Origin: Oculina patagonica
Taxonomy: Eukaryota
NCBI RefSeq assembly: GCF_052425735.1
Contig: NC_135765.1
Span: forward strand, 1,116,001-1,180,000
Length of the DNA stretch: 64,000 nucleotides
Direction: 5' to 3'
The notes under the pieces were generated by a model. It was not told where the DNA came from and made no database searches. It saw nothing but the letters and a program-made list of their open reading frames with translations. The position numbers and the translations under genes are program-made. Of this stretch, positions 23,601-36,969 are shown one piece after another. The number at the start of each line of letters is the position of its first letter. The stretch's first letter is position 1.

Positions 23601-26312
23601 GTTTTGTTTTTACCCTTCAAACATTTTTAAATAATTCACAGTTCCCTCAAATCATGGATGGGAGTGCAGGAAGGTCATAGTCTTGGCTCCTTATTTTGTT
23701 AGAGGCTCTGCCTAAGAAATCAGAGGGTTTGAGCAATCAGGATTTCACCGTATTCCTCACATATTTTTTTTTTACATGCACAGATGGTCCTACTAATTGT
23801 GTTCCTCTGAAGGCCAAAGCTTGTCTAGGTGCTGGTTATGACCTGACTGCAGACTTCCCACCAATTGATGGCAAGTCATATCAACAAGTCAAAGGAAAAA
23901 GTCTGGAGTTTTTCCTAAACTTTTTAAACCTCTGTTCACCATACGGCAAGACAATTATGTGTTCATTTTACATGCCAAAGTGTGTAGCAGGAGTGCAGAA
24001 GCCTGTTCTACCCTGTCGGAGTGTTTGTTTGGAGTTTGTGAGCAAGTGTCAGGGACTTCTGGCGCTGGCTTCACATGCTGGCATGTTTAGAGCCCTCTGT
24101 GATCTGTTACCACAGCAGGATTATTTACCCAACACTTGTTTTAAACCCAAGGGATTTAAACCAAGCACTGCTTCTACTGGTAAGGATTAACTGGCAATGA
24201 CTGTATATAATGTGTCAGATAATATATGTCTTAGCCAGGATTTAAAAAGTGGGAGTCCAAAATTTTTATAAGGCCTGACTTTGTTCCCATAGGAGGGCCT
24301 GACGAGCATGCAATGTGTTTTTCTGCAGTTATAAGTGCAAAGGTATCTTAAGATTTCCAAATATACAGTTATTCATATAAATTTTCTCTGAAAAGTGGTC
24401 GTCCATAGGACTCCTGGACCCCCACCTGGCTAAAAGCCTCCTTACTGCCAGAAATAAAGTAAGCCTTAGATCTAAAAGGTGTTTTCCTGTTATCAGACTC
24501 AGGTAATGAGTGCACCCTGGGCTCCTGGTTCATTTGTTACCCTTTAAGGCTCAGCATTTACTTACAATCCAATACTTACATTACTTACAATACAGAACCC
24601 TGTACCGATAAGAGCTGTGCAGTTTTAGAAGCTGTTCTGGTTGGAGGCTCTGACCAGTTGGCTGTTAAGATGAATATGACTGAGGAGTTAAACTCGGCAC
24701 CACCAAGATAGAACTTTTGAAAGTGATCATCCCATCCCAGCCTGTGCTGTCCCGTCCCTGCCCCCCTCCCCAATTCTATCACATCCCATCCCGTCCCGTC
24801 TCGTTCCCCCCCCCTCTCCCGTGTAATCGAATCCTATCAAATCTTGTTCCATTCCATCCCTATTTCTAGTCCAACGCACTCCCTTATCCCTCGATAGTTC
24901 ATTCTGCTTTCTGTTCAGCTGCATTGCCAATAGAATCATAACCACTTTCTTTCTGTTTTTCTTTTCCTAGTCGCTAGACGTGGTGGAGAGTGTAGCAAAG
25001 TTGTGGAACCAAAGTTCTGCCCCAAAGATCTGCATTATAATCAGACGTTTGTGCTGGAGAAAGATCAGACCAGCAAAACAGCACTGCAGAGCATCCTGAA
25101 CTCCAAATGTTCACCAGAGTTAGAAAAGTACCTGTGTTATACCACTGTCCCTCCATGTAAGCCGAACGATCTGTCCGTGTATATGCCTTGCAGATCTGTT
25201 TGTGAGCAGGTTTGTTCAAATTTCAACTCCTTTTAAGGGCAGACAAGCTTGCGATAACACTTTGACACGAATTGTTTCGTGTAAATCAAGCCTACAGTTG
25301 TTTGATTGCACCCCTCTAAAAATCTCGTAGGATTTTTTGGTTTCGATTTTTGGGTGAGGTTTGAAATAGGGTAGGGAAAATTGCGGCATATTTTGGTCTG
25401 AAAAAATTCAGGAATTGTGCTGCAGACCCCCATCCGAATTTTCGGGGAGTATTTCTTAATGGACAGTGCGCACATTTTATTCACGAGTCATAAAACAAAC
25501 AAGCATTATTTTTTGTTACTTTTTTTTAGGTCAGAAGAGATTGTGGAGGAGAATTCAAGAAAAACCGCATTCCTTTGCCAGACTGCTCTGTGATATATCC
25601 AGATGATGATGATCCTAAAAACAAAGGGCTATGTCACCTGACTGTGTTCCCAGTTGCTTGGCCTGCAAAGAGAGCAAAAGGTATGAATCACTGGGAAATG
25701 AGTGGGAGCGGGACTGGGAAGGGGGAGGGAGGATGCTTTCCAAAATGGTCAGCTACAGGACTTGTGCCAACTACTGAAACACCTAATCTTACTTTCTGCC
25801 CCTCCCTACCCAAGCAACTGCTTAACGTATAAAGATAATAATAAAAAGATAATAACAAAAGCTTTAATAAAGTGTCAAAGATCCGTAGATGAGGGGGAAA
25901 AGTGCCCTGTACTTGTCGTGGACACTAGACTGTAAAACAGTTGTTGTTTTTTTTATCTTAAATCGCTTTTCGTAAGACGCGAAGCGCCGACTCTCTGTCT
26001 TGATATTCGCTCCAGACTTTTTGTTTGAAGACCACGCGCGTTCGCAAAAAATTAATACGACTGTTTTGCAGTCTATACGTTGCAATTTACTTATAAAATT
26101 GCTTAAATCTTTTATTTACTGTCATTTCAGCCGTGGAGGAACGTCAGAAAGCGTCTAACAAAGGTGGACTGATAGCTGGTATTGTCATCCTGCTGGGTGT
26201 GTTAATTGCAGCTGTGGTGATAGGCGTGATGTATTTCCGCTGGCGCCGCGGCGCAAAGCAGTTTACTTCACAGCGGTTTGAGAACGTGGAGCCGCATGAA
26301 TCTAATGCATGA
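17618..26312 (+). CDS. Cluster gene A: type-I membrane protein with 6 tandem Frizzled-type CRDs (3 pairs), about 866 aa
   Basis: Exons 17618-18062, 19978-20370, 21975-22367, 22721-23122, 23784-24179, 24971-25209, 25530-25680 and 26131-26312 (2601 nt, open). Signal MYLVYIFMLLASSIALVSC. Each CRD has the 10-Cys Fz pattern (C.P.....C...GY..T; CSP; LCS.Y.PKC; PCR..C......C; C..LP...C). TM GLIAGIVILLGVLIAAVVIGVMYF; tail RWRRGAKQFTSQRFENVEPHESNA*. Confidence 0.9.
20677..21391. mobile_element. hAT-type MITE in intron 2 of gene A
   Basis: TIR caggcttttagccagg / cctggctaaaagcctg; perfect 8-bp TSD ccatcaga at 20669-20676 and 21392-21399. A related degenerate copy lies at about 24229-24380. Confidence 0.9.
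21805..21907. mobile_element. Short hAT5-like MITE
   Basis: cagtggcagatccagg / cctggatccacccctg; flanks ataac/ttaac. Confidence 0.55.
23165..23480. repeat. Degenerate (TCAG)n microsatellite in intron
   Basis: Long run of cagt/tcgg tetramers, which explains the SQSV-rich ORF tails. Confidence 0.95.
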
Positions 26313-28849
26313 ACGCACGTGTGGATGGCAAAGTGAGCACATGCACTAACAAGGGGTAACGTCCTTGGGCACAAACTACCCTCAGCATAAATATACTCTA
26401 CGTCGTCACCAATTGGGCAACGTTTTACTAAATACACTAAGTTTATATTGTTTTGGGATCAACAGTTTTCAGTTGGGTTCCTTGTGGTTTTTCGTTTCCT
26501 ATTGGGAAATGCCTGTTTCTAGTTAGTTTGATTGTTCAACCTTTTTAGTTGGTATCAAACTCGGTAAAAACTGTTGATTTACTAGAGGTTTTCCAAAAAC
26601 AACACTTTTCAACCTTTCTGGCTGAAAAATCAACCTAGAACAGCATTTTGCAATAGGACACCAGAACGTTAATGTAAACGGTTTATCCCAATACATGTAG
26701 AACAGTACCTAACAATTATAAAAAAAATTGAACCAAAAACGGTTGAAAACAATTGGTCCAAATACAACACGACCTTAGTTCTTTGTCACCATGGAGCAGG
26801 CATTTTGTAAAAGCACATCTTTAGAGTTGGGTTAGTCCACGAGTACTGGAAACTAAACAACTTTTGTAAAACTTACGGGTGATACGTTTGACACGTAAAC
26901 TTGTCATTACTGATATCGAATAAAACCTCAAACAAATGTTTGAAATAATGGAAAACTGAAAAAAAACGCAACCTGCGATCATCCGTTCTTTTTTTGTGCA
27001 AAAACGAACGGCTGATCGCAGGTTAAGAAGAGCACAAATAAGAATTCAAGAAACTGTGTAACAGGTTACAGTACAGATTATAGTTCAGGTTTGTTTTTAC
27101 AAGAAACATATTTATGTTAGAGTTGATATGGCTGGTAACAAGTCTATATTTGCCATTTAGTCGTTGGGTCGGTAAATTAATTAGATGACGGATAAGTCAT
27201 TAGGTAGACAGGCGAAGCATGAGCATATTAAAAAATTGTAACACAACTCGAGAAACTTTGTTGTTTTTTTTTTCATTTAATCAGTTGTATGCTCTAAGTT
27301 AAAACACACCATAACCAAAACATACCAAGTATGTTACCAAGTATAAAAATACCAAATTTTCCATACACAATAGTAGGCTTAGTGAGAGCAACAGAGAACT
27401 AAAAGGACATGATACAAGTTAAGTGAACCCACTCAGTTACAAAATGATGAACAAAACGAAATGTGATACTGCTAGCCGCGTGTTGCGTGACTACCCGGCG
27501 TGGGTGTTGCGTGACTAGTCGGCAGCTTTAACGTATATCTCCAGTTAATACTCTACACTTACACAATACCACAGTACCTTCACCAACGTGAAATAAAATT
27601 TAAATTAAAATCTTTTGCGGCCTGTGTTTGTTGTCATTGGTAAACAAGCTTTGGTCATCTCTTAGGTTGACGTAACAGGTTACCATGGCAAAAAGATGAC
27701 CTCTATAAACACCTTCATTTTTTTTTTTTGTAACTAGAAAACAAGTCAAGGGACCCCCGTGTTTTGTTACTGATTTGTGATCAGCATGCTAACAATAAAG
27801 ATACAACTATCTGCAAAGTTTTAAAGTTTCTATGGAAGGCGCTCGAAGCCACCATAATTTGTTGAAAATTTGACTCCGAACCCCTTTTGTAGAACACTTT
27901 TTAAACATTACAGAAACTAATATCTTGCAGTTATGATTAAGTTTTCTTGAACCAGAACAAATATTTTATATGTCGAAGGGCATCACGACACACCGCTGTA
28001 AGAGAAGAAAGTTTTACATCAACTTTTTAGCGATTATAATTCGATTTTTAAATTTTTTGACCAACTATTTTTAAATTATTAGATTAGTATGATTAGTATT
28101 ATATTTTTATATTACTATTGATATTTTACATAGTTTTTAATATTATTAATTGTCACTATTTGTATTTTTTAATCATGTGTCCCCAAATTAGTAAGGGAAT
28201 CTTCCCTAGCTATGTGGTTTTGACATTCTAATAAAGTTTCTCATTCATTCTAATTAAGTTAAGTCTTCTCGGTAAGACTAGAATGTTAAAATATAATATT
28301 CTTAAGAAAAAAGTTGATTTAAAAAACTCATTAATAATTCATAAAGAAAATACAAAAGAAATTAATGTTTAATGAGTGTCTTTATATCTGATAAAGACAC
28401 GGCTGAACTTTACGTCCAATTTTCCAGGCCAAAATAACCCCAAATCTAAATATAAGTGCAAGAATGAGTTGATGTACATCAGAAGATTTTTAAGCCGTTC
28501 AATAAATTCGCAGTTCGTGTTTTATCCGCCTCGTGTTTTAAACTTGATAAAACACTACTGCTCATTTATTAAACATTACATAAAATAACTGATGTTAAAC
28601 GGTTGAACGTCATTTCCTGAGTCATACGATCAAAACCATCCCTGCTTACGCAAGTTCCCACTAATAGTGCTCAGTTTTTTTTAGGGAACGAGCGTTTATC
28701 GTGCGAATGCTTTCACTGAGTGTGTACGATATCCAAGGACCAACCCAAAAATATCAATACTTTAAGTTATAAAATGTCATTAATTTCTGATGACAGAGAA
28801 ACCCAAAATGGCTTTTTTTTAATCGGCACACACTTTTAAAAGTTACTAA

Positions 28850-29062
28850 TATCGATGGATGATTTCATTAAAAATACGTAAAATGTTTGACAGTGTTTTT
28901 TTAAAACCTTTTTTTTTTGGACCTTCATTCATTGTTACGCTTTCTCGTTCCACCTAAAAGGTGGAACGAGAAAGCGTAGTGTATTTTCCAAGTATTTTTA
29001 CAAAACGTTTGTTTTATTTTAAAGCCAGTGTCAAACATTTTACGTATTTTTAACAATATCGA
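28850..29062. repeat. Palindromic element with central perfect hairpin
   Basis: Core tacgctttctcgttccacct-aaa-aggtggaacgagaaagcgta (about 28936-28979), with outer arms aaaatacgtaaaatgtttgaca / tgtcaaacattttacgtatttt. Confidence 0.75.
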
Positions 29063-29138
29063 CAGATATTACTTTGTCTGGCTTGAAGCAAATTACTTCC
29101 GCTTTCGTGGGCACAGTATTTGGCCGCCTCGCCATTTA

Positions 29139-29463
29139 TCGGGGGGGGGGAGGTTTTTCATAGTTTCCACCCATATGAAAGGGACGAGGATGCTCGTCGT
29201 CTCGCTTAGGGGTATAAATTTCGGATTTTGGGTCTGTGCTTATGGTGTTCTGGGCAAAATATCAATTTTTAGCCTTCAGGGTCTCGTTTAGGGTTGCAAA
29301 CGAAGAAATATACAAATATACATTCTGTTTTCCGAATTTTAGTATCTTTTGCGGGTCTAAAATAGCTTGAGGCACGCCCAGATTGGTCTCTTTTAGGGGT
29401 TATTTTCAAAATTTCCGACGAGCATCCCCGTCCCTTTAATATGGGAGTCCCCCACCCCGGGGT
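29139..29463. mobile_element. MITE with CCCGG/G-rich termini
   Basis: Inverted arms cccatatgaaagggacgaggatgctcgtcg / cgacgagcatccccgtccctttaatatggg. Confidence 0.55.
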
Positions 29464-30730
29464 GTCCACAAGGGAAAGGAGCGTATGACCGATGGTTACC
29501 GGTCACTCCAAAGCAAAACAATGGCATACTGCAGCTTGCAGTGCCCGTGGAAGCGTGTGATAGAATGCTAAGCGAGTCAGTATCCTAACGCTAAGCAGGC
29601 TAGTGAGAATGAAGGATACGTATATACCGTACACACGTGGAAAGTGTGAATATCGCTCTACCGTGCGCGAGACAGCGGGAGCGATGTGTGAAGCGAGTGA
29701 GCTGGTTGACGAAACCTAACTCAGCGACTTACGGCAGTCACCAGATCAGCCACACGGGGGGCGATACCATGGTGGCAGCTGCAAGTTGCCTCTCTAACGC
29801 TTCCAGTCCTATGAACTCTGGATGACTCTATATATATTGTGTGGTTGCGGAGGCCTTATCATTGTGGGATGAGCCATCACCAGAAAATATAACTAGCGTG
29901 CTCGTAATGCGGGTAAAAAAATATATAGGTAACTTAAAACGGATTTTACGATCAAACAATGAAGGAATTCATTTCCAGCTATACGATTTCGCTGATGCAG
30001 ATCGCGTGTAAGTCGAGGGACTATACGCATGCGTAATATGATTATAAACTTGCGTGATATTATTTAAATTTCTCTCTTATCGCTTGTCGTAGACAAACAT
30101 TATGATAAGAGATAAAGGTTGTTTGCATAATAACGCAGTCCGTTTTGAATAATTTGTTTCATCATTCATTCAGACAAAAGACACAGTTTCTTCAGACCTC
30201 GTCAAGAGATTTCGTTTCTGTTCTTGATCGCGTGCACATGGTACATGTCAGATCACATGTTCTCGAACTCTCTTACCCTGACTTTGATTAAAACTAGTGT
30301 ATTTTTTTCCATTCCACATGAACGTGCCTCGTGGATATTGATGTTGACCTTGTGAAGTAGTTAGATAGGATATTTATATCAGAGGCTGAAATTAAAGATT
30401 CTACAGTTCAGCTTGATCTTCTCTGCGGTTTTAATAATGAACATTTCACAATCAGATGAAAGTTTGCCCTTTATCGCTGATTGCTTCAGATTAACTGGCA
30501 AGATATTTAAAGTCAGCCACCCGTTAAGGAATCAAATTAACTAAATTTGCATTTCACACGTTTTCAGTCACAATTCACGCGCATTCTGGTTTCGTTTGCT
30601 CTTAACTTTTATTTCAATTCTGCGCTGGCACGTTTTGGGTTGACCTCGTCACTGAAGAAACAAGAATAGACGAGTCAGTATAACTCTCGCTACCAAGCTT
30701 TCTGTCGCTCGCTTACAGCAGATTTAAAAG

Positions 30731-33700
30731 ATGTAAGTAAAGCGGTAAATTGCCTTTGTTTTGAGCTGTGATGAAAACCATCGTGTATTGGCAATTGAAA
30801 ATAGCTACATAGTACTAGTGTGAAAATGAAATTTTCGCTTCCTTTCTCCCGCTTTCTCCTAACAGGTGTCAACAGCTTAAGTTCTTCGCTCTCCTGTTGT
30901 CTGTGATGTTTTGTATGCTGGGATTTTCTCGCGCTGAACTACAATGCGCCCTAGTCAACAGAACAGTAAACGGTCTTGAAAAAATATGTGGTTATGACTA
31001 CACCGCTAGCTTTGAATATCGTCACCATTTCAGTAGCGCATCGAACGCCGTCACGTCGTTAAAAAACCTTCTCAAAAATTGTTCGGATACAGTCGGCACC
31101 ATGATCTGTTCCTTGTTCGTACCGCGATGTACCGAGGAAATAAAAGGCCCGTATTTACCCTGCAGAGCCGTTTGCTACGACTACGCAACAAAATGTAAGG
31201 ATATTATTAAAGATAAAGGGCTTGAATGGACTGTGGCCATGTGCGACATCCTGCCGGAGAGAGATAACCCTCGCACTACTAAAGGTTACCGAGGGAGATG
31301 CTTTACGCCACCAAACTTCAAAGATAACGGCACAAGTAAGTGAACTATCTGTCGAACTAAACAGACAACTACTGCTTTTAGCTTAGAAACATTAACACGT
31401 TTTTACTTAGAGTGTTAACAATTGGCACTATAGATTGCATCATGCAAATGTCTCAGCACTTTCTAATCTTTTAGACAAAGCAGCTTTATCTGATTAATGA
31501 ATTGCTGCTTTTTAAAAGGCTTGAAATAGCTACAAAAATCGGTTTGCTCATTAAGAAGTTTTTGTCATTAAAAAGTTACAATTTGATCGAAATCTCCGGT
31601 TTTTTGGAGTTACCGTGTACGTGTATTGTATTTGTTATGACTACTGATGGCAGTCGAGGCCCCCTGGCAATTTGAAGGCGTTTGACTTTGGACTTCTAAT
31701 TGTTTAGAGCGCTGATGTAAAAATATAGTTGTACTCGTCAATAATATTAGACATTCACTTTATTGAGTTTAAATTTAAGTCAGGTAAAACAAAGCTAAAC
31801 ATAAGCAGACATATCGCCGAAGACGAACGTGTCTTGTCGCAGGTTGTTTGTTGACATTTTACCTAAAATCAATTATGTAGGTAATAACATTGTATAGAAA
31901 AAGTAAAAAATTATTCAGTGACTGTCGTGAATGTGATTGGCTAATTGGCGTATTTTGGCGCCAAATTGTCGTCCCTCGCTCGTGCCAGTTTTAACGGAGG
32001 AGAAGACAATAACACGCTTTTAGCTTTGCTATGCAACGTGTAATAATGAGATTTCAGAACCTAGCTAACTATGAACGCTTTAATGTATTGACTATCTTCG
32101 AGCTTTACTTACTTCCTGCGACTTAATTCGAAGAAAAGGTTTTCAACACGGTTTCCGGTCCTAGGATAACAAAAATAAACCCGAGATGCTATTCTCGGAG
32201 CCCTCGGAAGCAGTGCGCGGAGTGAAGGTCACGATGTTTTGAGCAATCCTGTGACAGTTTGTGTGGCATATACGAGGTAGTAGGCTCTTGGAGACAAAAA
32301 AGTGAAAGAAACGGCACTGCACTGCCGGGCATGCGCGCGACGAATTATAATCCGGACACGTGCACACGAAAACTGACGCTAACCTTAAAATGTCTTAACT
32401 TTCGAATGAAACGTAGGAACGTTAAATAGGAGTTTCTAATGTAAGATAAAGTCTGCGTTTGAGCCTAGTGAACCATTAGGCGAGGGAAGCTTATCCCGGT
32501 TTCCGTACCATGAAAAGACTAGGAGTATTTCTTCTCTCCCACGGATGGGATGCTAGTCCATCGCAGGATTACCTCCAGCATTAAATTAGCCGGTACCCAT
32601 TTATACACCTGGGTGGAAAGAGGCTCTGTGATTGTAAAGTGTCTTGCCCAATAACACAACGCGGTGCCCCGGCAAGGGCTTGAACCCGGACCGTTTGATC
32701 CAGATTCCAACGCGCTCACCATTTGGCCACCACGCCACACACGTTCAAGTTTGTAGCTATTACATGACCAAAGAAAATGCACCACCCAACTGATCTAGCA
32801 ATAGACAGTCCCATGGCTTGACAGATATTGTCCCAGTCCCATGGCGTGACACATGCGGGACTAGCTAGTCCCTATAAATCATATTATTTCACTTTGTAAT
32901 CTAACTGTGACTCGAATTATGACTATCTTCACAGGCTATAAGCACCAGTGCTCCGACATTGTGGTTCCCGCCTGCAAAGGCATCAAAGGCTATACTAAAA
33001 CAGTGGTGTCCGAGGTAGTCCAGAGAAAATACAGCTCCTGGATGGAAAGTAAAATCAAGCTCAATGCCAGCGATACCTGCAGTCAACCGCGAAAAGAGAT
33101 CATGTGCGCAGAGAACTTGCCTGCCTGTGTAGACGGCACCGCGGCATTTCTGTGTAGAGACAGTTGTTACAAGTTTTTTAACACGTGCGACACGCCATTT
33201 TTTTATCACAATGACATGTGTATGGAGTTTCCCACGAGAGAAGATACTCCGAAAGATTTGGTGATATGCAAACAGACTCACTGGCCCAGAGCAGAGAACT
33301 GGAAGTTACCTGAACATCCTGCTACAACAGGTAAAACGGGTATAGCAAGTTAATTGTTTGTTTGATTCTATTTTCTTTTACAATGGATCAAAATTATAAA
33401 ATTTAGAGTGTAGCCTGTTAACTGTTTGTTTTATTCTGGTTGTCAAATGTAGCCTTAAACTATATGGGTATAAAAGCATACTTAGTGCTTGCATGTACGG
33501 TCGTGTAACCGTCGAAAACGCCCAAGGAGTCTTATTTCAAATTTAAGAGGCGCTTACCTTAAGGCTACTTTTGTTAGCGCCTACTAATTTTAGCGATTTT
33601 AGCGAATTGGGCTAAAATCGCTAAATTTAGTGCTCGCTAAAATTTGTCTTGGTCAAATTTAATACTCGTTAAATTTGAGTACCTTCCCTTCCACCTCAAA

Positions 33701-36700
33701 GGGAAACAAAATTAGCATAGCTTTGTTCTTTCTGGCAATGCAAATGTTCGTTCAATTTCAAGTGAGTTTGTTTTTTTTTACTGAAAATTTATTTCCATCT
33801 TAGCCATATGTTCATTACAAAGCTAGTTTAAACAATATCACTAGTTTTTCATTTTATCAGAAAATCGCTAAATTAAATAGTCGCTAAATCTTGCTCTAAA
33901 ACATTGCTAACATTAGTAGCCGCTAAAAATAGTAATCTTAAGGTATTCGAGGCGCTCTTTCTTTCAAGCCCGCTCTTCCCCTAAGCTATCTATTACCCCT
34001 ATGTTATCTTACTTTTAAGCTGGTTTGTCAAGTCAATTTATAAACTGAGTAAAATAATAATTTTGAAGAAACTGTACTTTTGCAAAGTTATTTGTAACTT
34101 TTAATGACAGAATTTCTTAGCTTCCTCCAATGCAAATCGTAACTGCATATTATTCAAATTATATTGACTTAGATCATTTACAACACGGCGCAAACATGCA
34201 CGTTTTTTCTTCACTTATTGTTTTTTATTTGTTCGTATCTATACATTTTGTTGATCAGATCCACCAGGATCCGGTTCTTTTGTATTGTCCATTGGCCCTT
34301 TCTCAAGTTAAAAGTGCTATTTTTATGCCCTTTTATAGATATCCTTGACTTTCAGGCTAATTCTGTTATTTAACAAAAGCTGTTAACTTCTTTAGGTCCA
34401 ACAGTGACTCCTTCCATTCGAGGAACTTCAACCAAGACAGGTAAAAACCTTTCGTACTGTAGATCTTGCCTTCTTTGGCACTCTACAACAGCTAACCGAT
34501 AATGCGAATGAAGACTGAAGCTTAGTGTTCAGGCTGGTTCTCATATAATCGACTCTGTCGTTTCTATCGCCTCTTCAACTTCAAAAAGTTTTCTCGCGAT
34601 CGGAGCGATTATATAAGAACATTACAAAGACGATCGCTAACGTCTGCGGCGATTGGGGCGATCACGATTGCTTGGATCACCCGTGTTCTATCCTTCTAGC
34701 TTCTCTTTCCCTTCTTCGCCGTGAAACAGCAATAACTGAGAAGATAGGAGGCCGCCACGGGTTTTGCTTTTTCATTGAAGGCTGCCATTGTGTTGATCTA
34801 GGACTAAAATGATTGTTTTGTCTCAGTATTTGCAAACGATCGATGCGATAGAAACGATCGGGGCAATCTTAAGAGAACCAGGCTTAAGACATTTTAAAAA
34901 TACCTGTAGCGTATGTATCTAATACACAGAATCAAATGCAATTGACTTCAATTCGTTACCATGGAAATGTTTAAAGCAGTCAAACATCCATTCTTAACAT
35001 TTTTCTAAAACTGCTCTGTGCACGCCGGAATTTTTTTTAATTTTTTATTTTATTTTGTCTTATTGAAAAAAGGACATTTTAAAACTTTGTAGCAAAAGGT
35101 AAATTCGCAATCATCGGTGTTGCTGTGATAAAATGCAAAATGTGTCACGTAAGGCACCTTGAATTGTGTTTCGCTTTGGGGGATTTCTGTCACTGCTTGT
35201 AATTTACGCTAAACTCAGTGATAGACAATGATGTTGATATTTTTTCGTATTTTTCCTTTTTCTATCTACAGCAAACACTGTAACTGGAAAAAGCGATACA
35301 GGTAATTTTCACAATCTATTTCAACTCATTGCTTCACAAAAAGCGCGGTTTGCGTCTGTAGCTACAATTTGTTTCTACATTCTCTTTGAGTTTGTGCTGC
35401 TTCGTCATTTTGCTATAACGGGCGTTAGCAACAGTATTGATTCTTCCGGAACTTAGTGGTAAAAAGGACAAATTCTGTCAGGCTGTTTTAAGTGTAAAAC
35501 AAATTTTTTCATGTCTGTTATAATTCAAGTTATATTCGCTTAGAAAACGACTTATATACTGACCAACACGCCTCCTTTCTTTACAACTTGAAACCAAAAC
35601 AATAAACAGACATGTTTTTCACTAACGTTTCACCGAGCGCTATTTGTATGGCATTTAAAGATGTCCTTGTGTTTCGGACATACAGTAGAACCCCGTTAAC
35701 TCGAACTCGGATAACGCGAACAACCCCGCTAACTAGAACTAACTTCTATTTCCCTTGGACCCACTTGTCAGTCATTTTTACTCGGTTAACTCGAAAACCC
35801 CGCTAACTCGAACTGTTTTTCGTTTCCCTTCAGTTTGAGTTACCGGGGTTCAACGGTATTCTATTATACATGTACAACATCAGATATTTAACTTCTTTAA
35901 CCTCTTTAGGCCCAACAGTAAGAGGAGGGACATCACGCAAGACAGGTGAAGTGGCCTTCCATTGCTTGGCAATCTATTACTGAGCTAAGGGGCGAACTAG
36001 TTGACTTTTGAAGCCAACCCCCACCCCACCCGCACCCTCTTCAAAAAGACTGAAAAAAATATATATCTGCCCAGGAGCTCCTGGTCTGCCTTTTTGGTCA
36101 GAAAAAAATATTCTTTCCAAAAAGAAATCTTCCAAAACTCCCAGCCACTTCGTCAAAAGTCAACTGGCTCGCGGATGTAGAGCGCTTCAGTCCAAACCTG
36201 TGACGCATTTATCAATACACAGAATCAAGTGCAAGCGACGTCAAATCTCTTTACCATGGAAACGCCAAAAGAAGCCAAATGTGCACTTTTTACGCTTCGC
36301 TTTAAAAACTACTCTGTGCAAGGAAGTTTTTGTTTTTCACATAGGGAGAGTCAGTGAAGTTAGATTTAATACAGCCAGTATCTGATTAAATTTGACCCCA
36401 CCCTTCCCCCTCCTCTTTTAACAAAAAGGCAGCAATCGACCTACAGGACCCTACCGAGGAGGGTAAAGAACTACGGGAGCTACAGGAACAAAAGTAACTG
36501 CCACATGATCTTTTATGGTAGACCACGTGACTGAAAAGTGACGTAACATACCAACTTTGTTCCCAGGGCTTTTCCGTTAGTAATTTATGTGATATGATGT
36601 TTAAAACGTCCAAAGTGTCCTTCAAATGTTATAGTCCCTTGAAAGGACGATATTTTAAGTTTTGTTTCTTGGTTTTTTTTAATTTTTTTTTTTTTAATTC

Positions 36701-36969
36701 TGGTGTTTAATGTTTTTGTTTGTTTATTCACAGATAATAATAATGTTTTACCACCTGGTATGCACGCACGAGGACATCCTGAAGGCAAAAAATCCAGCTC
36801 CTCTAAACTAACTATAGGCCTTGTAGTCACATTTATTTTGCTTCTTCTAATTGCAATAGGTGTTGTAGGATTCTTCTTGTATAGGAGAAAACGAAGTCAT
36901 CAGTTTGATTATCAGAAACAAGTCCTTTACTCTGATGACAAAGCAGAAGAATTTGAAATTTTTACTTGA
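30731..36969 (+). CDS. Cluster gene B: 2 Fz-type CRDs, microexon-encoded Thr-rich stalk and TM, about 404 aa
   Basis: Exons 30731-30732 (AT), 30866-31335, 32935-33330, 34396-34440, 35272-35301, 35910-35945 and 36734-36969 (1215 nt, open). Signal MCQQLKFFALLLSVMFCMLGFSRA. TM LTIGLVVTFILLLLIAIGVVGFFLY; tail RRKRSHQFDYQKQVLYSDDKAEEFEIFT*. Microexon inclusion is inferred. Confidence 0.85.
32445..32735 (-). mobile_element. tRNA-derived SINE
   Basis: Minus strand reads gtggtggccaaatggtgagcgcg (A box) ... gggttcaagccc (B box) ... ggtgtataaatgggtaccggc ... tggactagcatcccatcc. Homologous to 401-650. Confidence 0.8.
33557..33943. mobile_element. TA-flanked MITE
   Basis: TA|ccttaag.ctact...agtaatcttaagg|TA, with internal tagcg/cgcta repeats. 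Confidence 0.65.
34531..34885. mobile_element. Degenerate Harbinger-type MITE
   Basis: aggctggttctcatat ... taagagaaccaggct|taa, with gcgatcg internal repeats. Confidence 0.5.
35683..35856. mobile_element. Tc1/pogo-type MITE
   Basis: TA|cagtagaaccccgttaactcgaac ... gagttaccggggttcaacgg|TA. Confidence 0.7.

Noticed and set aside
32690-32735. tRNA gene
   Set aside because: The A/B boxes belong to a SINE head that continues into a SINE body seen elsewhere in the window.
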